NCBI GenBank assembly: GCA_947177515.1
Contig: CAMWUU010000001.1
Coordinates: forward strand, 1-46,316
Source: an uncultured Lachnospiraceae bacterium
GTDB lineage: Bacteria; Bacillota; Clostridia; Lachnospirales; Lachnospiraceae
Length of the DNA stretch: 46,316 bases
Direction of reading: 5' to 3'
Shown here piece after piece: positions 27,494-36,221 of the stretch; within the stretch, counting starts at the first letter, position 1; every line of letters begins with the position of its first letter. A program made the translations under genes and the position numbers. The notes below the pieces were generated by a model that was not told the DNA's origin, did not search any database, and was given only the letters and a program-made list of their open reading frames with translations.

Positions 27494-29035
27494 ATGCTCA
27501 ATCAATTATATATCGGGTCGGTTTCCGCGTGCTTTGAACGGGAAAATACCTCCCCTTATTACAGTGAAGAAGAATATGATGTCCTGCTTGACGGGGCAAG
27601 GCTTTTTACCACGAAGACCAATGTTTTTTCTCTGTTTTCGCTAAAGCCGGACAGGGAATATTTGTTGGAAGTAACGGGGGAAGAGCCGGTAAAATTTCGG
27701 ACGGCGGCAGAAAGCTGCGCTGTGAATGTCAGGGAGTTTGGCGCAGTGGGTGATGGAATCTGTGACGATACAGTAAGCATCCAGACAGCAATCCATTGTT
27801 TGCCGTCTGGCGGAAGATTGTTTTTTCCGGATGGCACGTACCGCGTTTCACCGATCAATTTAAAAAGCCATATCACACTTGAACTTTCTGAAAATGCGGT
27901 GTTGCTTGGCGAAACGGATACAAAATGTTATCCGGTAATCCCGGGGGAAGTTACCGATATGGAAACTGGCGAAGCATTGGTTGTGGGAACCTGGGAGGGC
28001 AATGCCGTGGCGATGCACCAGGCACTTTTGTTTGCGGAATATGCAGAGGATATCCAGATTGTCGGCAGGGGTACTGTGGATGGGAATGCGCAGAATTCCG
28101 ACTGGTGGGTAAATGTGAAGGAGCGGACAACGGGCAGGCCGCGATTGATATTTTTCAACCGCTGCAAGGATATCACGATTCATGGAATTACAGCGCAAAA
28201 TGCGGCATCCTGGCAACTTCACCCATATTTTTCCAAAAACTTGAATTTTTTTGATCTGGCGGTCAATGCGCCAAAAGATAGTCCCAATACGGATGCACTG
28301 GACCCGGAAGCCTGTGACCATGTGAATATTATCGGATGTCGGTTCAGCGTGGGCGACGATTGTATTGCGATTAAATCCGGGAAAATTGAAATTGGAAAAA
28401 AATATAGGACACCCGCAAACCATCACACAATCCGCAACTGTATCATGCAGTTTGGCCACGGCGCGGTGACACTTGGCAGCGAGATGGCGGGGGGTGTAAA
28501 AAATCTAACCGTGAACCGCTGCATTTTCAGTCATACCGATCGGGGTCTGCGCATCAAGACGCGGCGTGGGAGAGGGAAGGACGCGGTGATTGACGGGATA
28601 GTATTTGAAAATATAAAGATGGATCGCGTTTTGACACCGATTGTCATTAATATGTGGTATAATTGTTGTGACCCGGATCGCTTCAGCGAATATGTCTGGT
28701 CGCGGGAGGAACTTCCAGTGGATGAGCGCACGCCGTATCTTGGAAAATTTACGTTCCGCAATATGGTTTGTGAGAACTGCCATGTCGCCGCATGTTACTG
28801 CGACGGTTTGCCAGAGCAGCCGATTGACGAGATCACAGTGGAAAATATCCGTTTTACCTATGCCCCGGATGCAGCGCCGGGTGTACCGGCGATGCGCAAC
28901 CACGCGGAAAAGATGTGCCGCGCGGGGATGTATTTTGACAATGTAAGGAAGCTTACCGTAAGGAATGTTGATATTTCCGGGAATGATGGGGATGCGCTGA
29001 TCACAAACCATGTTGGGACGCTTTTGGAGGTCTGA
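27494..29035 (+). CDS. GH28 (exo-)polygalacturonase, no signal peptide
   Basis: GH28 motifs NTDALD, GDDCIAIKSG, GHGAVTLGSE and RGLRIKT. ATG 27494 follows AAGGAGGA. An extra N-terminal domain of about 70 aa resembles exo-acting enzymes. Confidence 0.9.
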   Translation: MLNQLYIGSVSACFERENTSPYYSEEEYDVLLDGARLFTTKTNVFSLFSLKPDREYLLEVTGEEPVKFRTAAESCAVNVREFGAVGDGICDDTVSIQTAIHCLPSGGRLFFPDGTYRVSPINLKSHITLELSENAVLLGETDTKCYPVIPGEVTDMETGEALVVGTWEGNAVAMHQALLFAEYAEDIQIVGRGTVDGNAQNSDWWVNVKERTTGRPRLIFFNRCKDITIHGITAQNAASWQLHPYFSKNLNFFDLAVNAPKDSPNTDALDPEACDHVNIIGCRFSVGDDCIAIKSGKIEIGKKYRTPANHHTIRNCIMQFGHGAVTLGSEMAGGVKNLTVNRCIFSHTDRGLRIKTRRGRGKDAVIDGIVFENIKMDRVLTPIVINMWYNCCDPDRFSEYVWSREELPVDERTPYLGKFTFRNMVCENCHVAACYCDGLPEQPIDEITVENIRFTYAPDAAPGVPAMRNHAEKMCRAGMYFDNVRKLTVRNVDISGNDGDALITNHVGTLLEV

Positions 29036-29146
29036 AAGGTCAGAAAGGTTTGAAGGAAAAGCACATTTAAGTGTCTTATACAGGCCTGCGATATGTGCGG
29101 GTATCAATAGGTACGGGGATTAGAATGAGATGGAGGGAAGGGAACA

Positions 29147-30295
29147 ATGTGTGCCCAAAACGATAATTATACAAAAATAGATCATTATGTCGAACGGCTT
29201 TTACAGGGTTCTACACCCGATATGCCGCACTGGAATATCGAGAGTATCCGCGGGGGCAAAGCGCCGCACTGGAACTATATTGATGGCTGTATGATTACCG
29301 CACTATTATGTGCGGGCGAAATTACGGGCGAAGAAAGGTACGTTGATTTTGCGGAAAAATTTATCGATTACTATGTTGCAGAGGACGGCACCATCCGCGG
29401 TTATGTGCAGGAAAAATACAATCTCGATGATATCAACGAAGGCAGGGTGCTGTTCGACTTATATAAAAAGACAGGAAAAGAAAAGTATAAAAAGGCAATT
29501 TTTTTGCTCCGTGGACAATTGGATAAGCAGCCAAGAACTAATACTGGAAATTTTTGGCACAAGCAAATATATCCGAATCAGATCTGGCTTGATGGACTGT
29601 ATATGGCACAAGTATTTTATGTGCGATTCCAGAAGGAATTTGGCGGGGGGGACTATTCGGACACACTTGCCCAATTTAAGAATGTTCGGAAATATATGTT
29701 TAATGAAGAGAAGAAGCTGTATTATCATGGGATGGACTGTTCAAAATCCATCTTCTGGGCAGATAAGGAAACTGGCTGTTCAAAAAATTTCTGGCTGAGG
29801 GCGATCGGCTGGTTTTGTGTTGCCCTGGTTGATATCATTGAACTGATGGACGATGAAAATACAAGGAAGGAACTTTGTGAAATTTTTTCTGAGGCAATGG
29901 AAGGAATATTACAGTACGCGGACGCAGAAACGGGGATGTTTTATCAGGTAGTTGACAGGAAAGGGCAGGAGGGAAATTACCTTGAAACCAGCGGGAGCAG
30001 CATGATTGCCTACGCGATGATAAAAGGTGCACGGCTTGGAGTAATCGGGCAACAATATGCTGTGGCGGGCAAAAAAGCGTTTGACGGGATCTGTGAGAAA
30101 TATCTAAAAATCAGCGCGGACGGGGAACTGAATCTAGGAGGGATCTGTCTGGTGGCGGGACTTGGCCCGCAGGATAACCGTCGGCGTGATGGGAGTTTTG
30201 AGTACTATATTTCTGAGCCGGTTGTGGAGAATGATGCGAAGGGAGTCGCCCCTTTTGTGTTATGTTATATGGAAGTGAAACGAAATGCGCAATAA
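29147..30295 (+). CDS. GH105 unsaturated rhamnogalacturonyl/galacturonyl hydrolase (YteR/YesR-like)
   Basis: Motifs WNYIDGCM, IWLDGLYMA and WLRAIGW are typical of GH105/GH88-fold enzymes. 382 aa, cytoplasmic. Confidence 0.85.
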   Translation: MCAQNDNYTKIDHYVERLLQGSTPDMPHWNIESIRGGKAPHWNYIDGCMITALLCAGEITGEERYVDFAEKFIDYYVAEDGTIRGYVQEKYNLDDINEGRVLFDLYKKTGKEKYKKAIFLLRGQLDKQPRTNTGNFWHKQIYPNQIWLDGLYMAQVFYVRFQKEFGGGDYSDTLAQFKNVRKYMFNEEKKLYYHGMDCSKSIFWADKETGCSKNFWLRAIGWFCVALVDIIELMDDENTRKELCEIFSEAMEGILQYADAETGMFYQVVDRKGQEGNYLETSGSSMIAYAMIKGARLGVIGQQYAVAGKKAFDGICEKYLKISADGELNLGGICLVAGLGPQDNRRRDGSFEYYISEPVVENDAKGVAPFVLCYMEVKRNAQ

Positions 30296-30429
30296 GAGTA
30301 TGGGCGGTTTGAATCCCGCGAAAGAAGTGGGCAGAAAAGGGTATTTTGTTTAGGAGAAATCATATGCACTTATATTTACACAGATATACATCAATAACAC
30401 TGTGGAATAAAAAGGGGGATTGATTTACC

Positions 30430-31836
30430 GTGAAGAATATAAAAATTGCCTATATTGGCGGCGGTTCAAAGGCGTGGGCGAGGGTGTTCATGACCGACCT
30501 GGCACTTTCGGAAGGGATTTGCGGGGAGATTGCACTTTATGATATTGATTTGCCTGCGGCTGAGTTAAATAGGCGGATTGGTATGCGGATCAATGAATCG
30601 CAAAAGGCGGTTTCCAAATGGGATTACCAGGTTTATGAGAAGCTTGGCGATGCGCTAAGTGGGGCTGATTTTGTAGCCTGCTCCATTCTTCCGGGCACCT
30701 TTGACGAGATGGCAAGTGACGTTCACCTTCCGGAGGAATATGGTATTTACCAGTCCGTTGGCGATACCGTGGGACCGGGCGGCGTTTTGCGCGCGATGCG
30801 CACCGTGCCGATTTATGAGGGATTTGCCCGCGCAATAAAAGAACACTGCCCAAACGCGTGGGTGATCAATCTTACGAATCCAATGACCGCCTGCACGAAA
30901 ACCCTGTTTGATATTTTTCCGGGAATCAAGGCGTTCGGTTGCTGCCATGAGGTTTTCCATGCGCAGGAATTTCTGTGCTGTGTGGCAAAGGAAGTATTGG
31001 ATGTTCCACGTCCAATGCGGCAGGAAATGCGCGTTGATGCCTGTGGAATCAACCATTTTACATGGATTACCGAGGCGAATTACAACGGTGTTGATATGCT
31101 TGCCATACTGCCTGAATTTATTGAAAGATACTATGGGAAGGGATACTGCGAGCATCCCGGCGTGGCACCGGAGGATTTTTTGGACAATCCGTTCCGCTAT
31201 GGGAATAAGGTAAAAATGGATTTGTTCCGGCGCTTCCATGTTCTTGCGGCAGCGGGAGATCGGCATCTGGTTGAATTTATGGATGGGGCATGGTATATAA
31301 AGAATGAGAGCGAGGCTGAAAAGTGGCTGTACCATCTGACAAGTGTGGATTACCGAAAGCAGGATCAGACCGATAAAATTAAGAGATCACATCGCATTGC
31401 GGATGGAATGGAGCCAGTTGTAGTAAAGCACAGCGATGAGGAGATTGTGGAGTTGATGAAGGCGTTGCTCGGCGTGATTCCACCGATGGTTTCCAATGCG
31501 AACATTGTAAATACCGGGCAGATGGCGGATATGCCATACGGATCGGTCGTTGAAACAAACTGTGTATTTTCTCTTGATAGTGTAAAGCCGATTGTCGCAA
31601 AATCGTTGCCGGGGGATGTAAGTGCTTTGGTTTTGCGTAATGCAATGAATATTGAAAATACATATTATGGAATAAAGCGCCGCGATATGCATAAGATTTT
31701 TGAGGCTTTTGTAAACCAGCCGCTTTGCGCAGGGCTTGCGCTTGATAAGGCGAGGGAACTTTTTTGTCGCATGGTTAATGCAACGGGGGGATATTTAAAG
31801 GAATACTTTGATCTCGATGGGTTGAAAGAAATATGA
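30430..31836 (+). CDS. lplD: GH4 family glycosidase, LplD-like alpha-galacturonidase
   Basis: N-terminal Rossmann motif KIAYIGGGS, the GH4 CHE motif region (FGCCHEV) and INH. GTG start 30430. Genomic context with lplABC-like genes. Confidence 0.8.
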   Translation: MKNIKIAYIGGGSKAWARVFMTDLALSEGICGEIALYDIDLPAAELNRRIGMRINESQKAVSKWDYQVYEKLGDALSGADFVACSILPGTFDEMASDVHLPEEYGIYQSVGDTVGPGGVLRAMRTVPIYEGFARAIKEHCPNAWVINLTNPMTACTKTLFDIFPGIKAFGCCHEVFHAQEFLCCVAKEVLDVPRPMRQEMRVDACGINHFTWITEANYNGVDMLAILPEFIERYYGKGYCEHPGVAPEDFLDNPFRYGNKVKMDLFRRFHVLAAAGDRHLVEFMDGAWYIKNESEAEKWLYHLTSVDYRKQDQTDKIKRSHRIADGMEPVVVKHSDEEIVELMKALLGVIPPMVSNANIVNTGQMADMPYGSVVETNCVFSLDSVKPIVAKSLPGDVSALVLRNAMNIENTYYGIKRRDMHKIFEAFVNQPLCAGLALDKARELFCRMVNATGGYLKEYFDLDGLKEI

Positions 31837-32858
31837 TTGACGCATTTATTTTTGCAGCGAATGCCATTTTTCCGATTATTCTAATGATTGTTTTGGGGTA
31901 TTTTTTAAAGAGGGCAGGAATGCTGACCCAGGGTTTTCTTGATACCGGAAACAGGTTTACGTTTCGGGTATTGATTCCGGCTCTGCTTTATTACAATGTA
32001 TATGGAATAGAAAGCTTAAAGGAAATTAATTTTACATTTGTGTTATATGGCATTGCGGCGATTTTTGTGATATTTTTTCTTGCCATTGTCCTGACCTGCG
32101 CTTTTACAAAAGATAACGCAAAGCGCGGTGTGCTGATTCAGGCTATGTTCCGCTCGAATTATGCGATTATAGGGCTGCCGCTTGCCTCGTCTTTGTTTGG
32201 GGAAAAGGGCGCGGCTGCTGCGGGAATTATGTCCGCGTTTTGTGTCCCGCTTTTTAATGTGCTAAGCGTGGTGACGCTTACCATGTTCCATAAGGATAGT
32301 GGAAGAAGCGCTGTGACTGCTCAAAAAGAGAAAATTAATATCAAAAAAATACTGATCGGTATTATAAAAAACCCGCTGATTGTCGCGACACTTCTGGGGC
32401 TTGCAACACTTGCCATACGGGAATTTTTTGTGTTTTTGGGGATTGGGTTTCGGCTGCATAATATTTCGTTTTTGTATAAAGCACTTGAAAATGTCAAATC
32501 AATCTGCACACCGTTTGCACTCATTGTACTGGGAGGAAAATTCGAATTTTCCGCAGTGTCAAGATTGTGGAAGGAAATTATTTTCGGAACACTGATCCGC
32601 ACGGTTGCCGTACCAGTGCTTGGTCTTTCTGTTGCATATTTTATCCGTGATTTGATTGTCCCCGGTTTTTTGGGGGAACATTTTGCAACCTTTATCGGGG
32701 TATTTGCAACCCCTGTTGCAGTGGCCAGCGCAATTATGGCAAAGGAGATGGATGCGGATGATGAACTTGCGGGACAGTTAGTTGTGTGGACAAGCCTGGT
32801 CAGTACAGTGACGATCTTTATTTATGTCACGGTTCTGAGGGCGGTGGGGATATTTTAA
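31833..32858 (+). CDS. AEC (auxin efflux carrier) family transporter
   Basis: 341 aa, about 10 TM, two-lobed with a central hydrophilic loop. ATGA overlap with the GH4 gene. Confidence 0.75.
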   Translation: MIDAFIFAANAIFPIILMIVLGYFLKRAGMLTQGFLDTGNRFTFRVLIPALLYYNVYGIESLKEINFTFVLYGIAAIFVIFFLAIVLTCAFTKDNAKRGVLIQAMFRSNYAIIGLPLASSLFGEKGAAAAGIMSAFCVPLFNVLSVVTLTMFHKDSGRSAVTAQKEKINIKKILIGIIKNPLIVATLLGLATLAIREFFVFLGIGFRLHNISFLYKALENVKSICTPFALIVLGGKFEFSAVSRLWKEIIFGTLIRTVAVPVLGLSVAYFIRDLIVPGFLGEHFATFIGVFATPVAVASAIMAKEMDADDELAGQLVVWTSLVSTVTIFIYVTVLRAVGIF

Positions 32859-32876
32859 CTTTTTTTACATGCAGAA

Positions 32877-33020
32877 GCCGCATTACATGAAATTAAGCAT
32901 ACTAAAGCTGCATTGTATAAAATTAAATATGCTAAAGCTACATTGCATTAAATTAAACATGCTGAAGCTGCATTGCATAAAATTAAATGTACTAAAGCTG
33001 TGTAGTATAAAATTTGCTAC
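32877..33020. repeat. 30-bp tandem repeat, 4 copies plus a degenerate fifth
   Basis: Units start at 32877, 32907, 32937, 32967 and 32997. Consensus is GCTGCATTGTATAAAATTAAATATGCTAAA. Unit junctions form the imperfect palindrome ATGCT(A/G)AAGCT(G/A)CAT. The array is intergenic, just upstream of the eda fusion gene. Confidence 0.9.
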
Positions 33021-33098
33021 GGGTGGCAAAAAAATAAACTGTAAATTTCGGCGGTATCTTTGCCGATTATAATAAAAAAGATTCAGGAGGCAAATAAA

Positions 33099-34070
33099 AT
33101 GGACAACAAAAAATTTTTGGAGCAGATGGAGTGCACGGGCATTGTCCCGGTGATCAAACTCGAGAACACCAATGACGCGGTAAATCTGGCAAAAGCTCTG
33201 TATGACGGCGGAATTCACTGCGCCGAGGTTACATTCCGTGCGGCAGGTGCGGATAAGGTGATCGCGCAGATGGTGGAGGCGTATCCGGATATGCTTGTCG
33301 GTGCTGGCACGGTTCTTACCGTGGAACAGTGTGACCAGGCAATAGCAGCAGGCGCGAAATTCTGTGTTGCGCCGGGGTTAAATCCGGCTGTAGTAAAGCA
33401 CTGTCTGGATAAGGGCGTTCCTTTTACTCCGGGGGTTGCCAATGGCAGCCAGATTGAACAGGCCATGGAACTCGGACTTGATTTTGTAAAATTCTTCCCA
33501 GCGGAACAAGCGGGAGGGCTTGCATATATCAAGGCAATCGCCGCTCCGTATTCTTCCATGAAATTTATGCCAACGGGCGGAATCAATGAGAACAATCTTA
33601 ATAATTATCTTTCCTTTAAAAAGATTGTCTGCTGTGGGGGCAGTTGGATTGTCCCGGATGCTCTTGTAAAGGCAGGAAAATGGGAGGAGATTACGGCTCT
33701 TTGCCGAACAGCAGTGAATAAAATGCTTGGTTTTTCGATTGCGCATATCGGCATAAACTGTGAGAATGAGGACGAAGCGAGGGCAACTACGGAACGCTTT
33801 GCCAAGTTATTTGGCTGGGAACAGAAAATTGGCAACAGCAGTGTGTTTTCGGGAAGTTTTGTCGAGTGCATGAAAACGCCTTATAAAGGGCAGAAAGGTC
33901 ATATCGCGGTGGCAACAAACAGTGTGCGCCGTGCCGTTTACCAGCTTTCGCATATGGGTATTGCGGTTGATATGGAAACAGCGAAATATGATGCGGATGG
34001 CAGGATGACATTCGTATACTTGGCGGAGGAATTTAGCGGGTTCGCTGTTCACTTGGTGGAAAAGAAATGA
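33099..34070 (+). CDS. eda: KDPG/KHG aldolase (Eda) fused to a C-terminal VOC/glyoxalase-like domain
   Basis: ATG 33099 lies 8 nt after AGGAGG. The Eda core has AEVTFR and Schiff-base lysine context DFVKFFPAE plus PTGGI. An extra C-terminal segment of about 115 aa (HIGINCENEDEA...GHIAVATN...FAVHLVEKK) resembles a VOC metal-binding fold. Confidence 0.8.
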   Translation: MDNKKFLEQMECTGIVPVIKLENTNDAVNLAKALYDGGIHCAEVTFRAAGADKVIAQMVEAYPDMLVGAGTVLTVEQCDQAIAAGAKFCVAPGLNPAVVKHCLDKGVPFTPGVANGSQIEQAMELGLDFVKFFPAEQAGGLAYIKAIAAPYSSMKFMPTGGINENNLNNYLSFKKIVCCGGSWIVPDALVKAGKWEEITALCRTAVNKMLGFSIAHIGINCENEDEARATTERFAKLFGWEQKIGNSSVFSGSFVECMKTPYKGQKGHIAVATNSVRRAVYQLSHMGIAVDMETAKYDADGRMTFVYLAEEFSGFAVHLVEKK

Positions 34071-34903
34071 TGCGGCTGTTTATCCGCGCCCATGACCTGG
34101 GCGTAAAAGGCGAAAAAAGGGTAATAGAAAGGCTTTGCGAGCTGGGACTTGACGGCGTGCAGCTTGTTGCTTACAAGGTGCTGCCGGAAGTGGCTTATAA
34201 ACCAGGTGCAATGGACGCACGCCGTGCTAGGGAAATTGCAGAAACATTCGCTATGGCAGGAAAAAGTATACCACTGATTGGGGCATATTTTAATCCTGTT
34301 CACCCGGACGAAGAAAAGGTCAAAAATGGCGCTGCGGTATTCCGGGATTATCTGCGGCTCGCGCATGATTTTGGCTGTGATACGGTTGGTTCGGAAACCG
34401 GTTCCGTAAACGGCGACCCATGGATTTATCATCCGGGGAATGATACCGAGGAGGCCTTTGTTAAGACAGTAAATATATTTGCAGAACTATGCGACTGTGC
34501 GAAGGATTATGGAGCGTATGTTGGTATGGAGGGCGCGGCTGGCCATGTCTGCTATGATGTGAAACGCCTTGCCCGCGCAGTCAGGGAAACCGGCAGGGAC
34601 AATATTAAAATTATATTTGATTTGTTTAATTATCTTAAACCGTCAAATATAGAGAAGCGGTACGAGATTCTTGCGGAGGGACTGCAAACTTTTGGGGATA
34701 GAATCTGCGTTTTCCATATTAAGGACTGTGTGATAGAAAAGGATGGTTCGCTGAAGCAGTGCGGGGTCGGAAAGGGAATTTTTGATTATTCAAAGATTTT
34801 GTCCGAGATAAAAAAAGTTTGCCCAGATGCAAATCTTGTATTTGAGGGGACAGTGGGTGAGGATATTGCAGACGCTATCGCACATATCCGGCAAAGGCTG
34901 TAA
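34067..34903 (+). CDS. Sugar phosphate isomerase/epimerase (xylose-isomerase-like TIM barrel)
   Basis: 278 aa with ATGATG overlap onto the eda stop. Pattern is typical of the AP-endonuclease-2/XI-like TIM barrel family (GVQLV..., GSETG, MEGAAGH, FHIKD). Confidence 0.65.
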   Translation: MMRLFIRAHDLGVKGEKRVIERLCELGLDGVQLVAYKVLPEVAYKPGAMDARRAREIAETFAMAGKSIPLIGAYFNPVHPDEEKVKNGAAVFRDYLRLAHDFGCDTVGSETGSVNGDPWIYHPGNDTEEAFVKTVNIFAELCDCAKDYGAYVGMEGAAGHVCYDVKRLARAVRETGRDNIKIIFDLFNYLKPSNIEKRYEILAEGLQTFGDRICVFHIKDCVIEKDGSLKQCGVGKGIFDYSKILSEIKKVCPDANLVFEGTVGEDIADAIAHIRQRL

Positions 34904-35032
34904 AACTGGGTGTGAAACTCCCAGATCTTTTGATAACACCGCAGAAGAAAAAGAATAACAGTATGGTAATAGCGGATGTGGGCAAAAAACAGAAACGCGG
35001 ACAACAAGAAGTAAAACCATAGGAGTAATATT

Positions 35033-36133
35033 ATGTCATATTTAACATTGAGGGGAATTAACAAGATTTATCCGAACGGCTTTCATGCCGTTCATGATTT
35101 CAATCTTGAAATTGAAAAGGGTGAATTTATCGTGTTTGTCGGTTCGTCCGGCTGCGGTAAATCCACAACGCTGCGCATGATTGCGGGGCTGGAGAATATC
35201 AGCAAGGGCGATTTTTTTATTGACGGAGTACGTGCAAACGAGAAAGGTCCCCGGGAGCGTGGTATTGCCATGGTTTTCCAGAGTTATGCGCTCTACCCGC
35301 ACATGTCTGTCTACGATAATCTTGCATTCGGTTTGATGCTTCAGGGTGTTGATGAGGATGTGATTGAAAAGAAAGTGCAAAACACTGCAAAAATATTGGG
35401 GCTTTCGGATTATCTGGAAAGAAAGCCGCGCGCCCTCTCCGGCGGGCAGCGTCAGAGGGTCGCGGTGGGGCGCGCGATTATCCGCAAGGTTAATATTTTT
35501 TTGATGGATGAGCCGCTCTCAAACCTTGACGCAAAGCAGAGGGTGACAATGCGTTCGGAGATTACGCAGATTCATCGGGAAACGGGCGCAACTACGATCT
35601 ATGTGACGCACGACCAGACTGAGGCGATGACAATGGCTGATCGGATTGTTGTTATGAAGGAAGGCTATATCCAGCAGGTCGGAACGCCACATGATTTGTA
35701 TTTTAACCCTGCCAATATGTTTGTCGCGGGCTTTATCGGGGAGCCGCCAATGAATTTTATTAATGGGAAACTGATGGGCGGCAGAATAAGTATTGGCGCT
35801 ACGAACCTTGATTTAAGCGCGGTTGCCGATAAAAACATCCTTGACCGATACGAGGGGGAGGAGATTGCATTCGGATTTCGTCCGGAAGCAATTAAGCTTA
35901 TGGGCAGGGAGGATGTAGATAAGGCTTACCAGCTTTCTTGTGAGGTAGAATTGACAGAACTTTTAGGGGACAATACGAATGTTTATGTGGATATTCAAGG
36001 GGTTAAATCTATTCTCAAAGTAGATCCGCACGACACGCCGTCCATGGATTCCCATCTGGAATTTGCAATTCCATATGGGAGCGTGTATCTGTTTGATGGG
36101 CAGACGGAGAAGCGGATTCGGCTGAGGGAGTAA
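35033..36133 (+). CDS. MsmX/MalK-type sugar ABC transporter ATPase (copy 2)
   Basis: Walker A GSSGCGKST, LSGGQRQRVA, IFLMDEPLSNLD, YVTHDQ and a C-terminal regulatory domain. AGGAG RBS. Confidence 0.92.
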   Translation: MSYLTLRGINKIYPNGFHAVHDFNLEIEKGEFIVFVGSSGCGKSTTLRMIAGLENISKGDFFIDGVRANEKGPRERGIAMVFQSYALYPHMSVYDNLAFGLMLQGVDEDVIEKKVQNTAKILGLSDYLERKPRALSGGQRQRVAVGRAIIRKVNIFLMDEPLSNLDAKQRVTMRSEITQIHRETGATTIYVTHDQTEAMTMADRIVVMKEGYIQQVGTPHDLYFNPANMFVAGFIGEPPMNFINGKLMGGRISIGATNLDLSAVADKNILDRYEGEEIAFGFRPEAIKLMGREDVDKAYQLSCEVELTELLGDNTNVYVDIQGVKSILKVDPHDTPSMDSHLEFAIPYGSVYLFDGQTEKRIRLRE

Positions 36134-36221
36134 GTCTAAGGGTGAAAGATTGTTTTAGAAACGAAATGTATCAAGACAGGATGGCAGACAGAATTACAAT
36201 AGGTAGGAAAGAGGGAGCAGT

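Noticed and set aside
32869-33072. 67-aa ORF with the repeating peptide LKLHCIKLNMLKLHCIKLN. I also considered whether the 30-bp repeats form a CRISPR array.
   Set aside because: The peptide periodicity is just the translated 30-bp DNA repeat, with no RBS. The repeats are head-to-tail without spacers and no cas genes are present, so this is not a CRISPR array.
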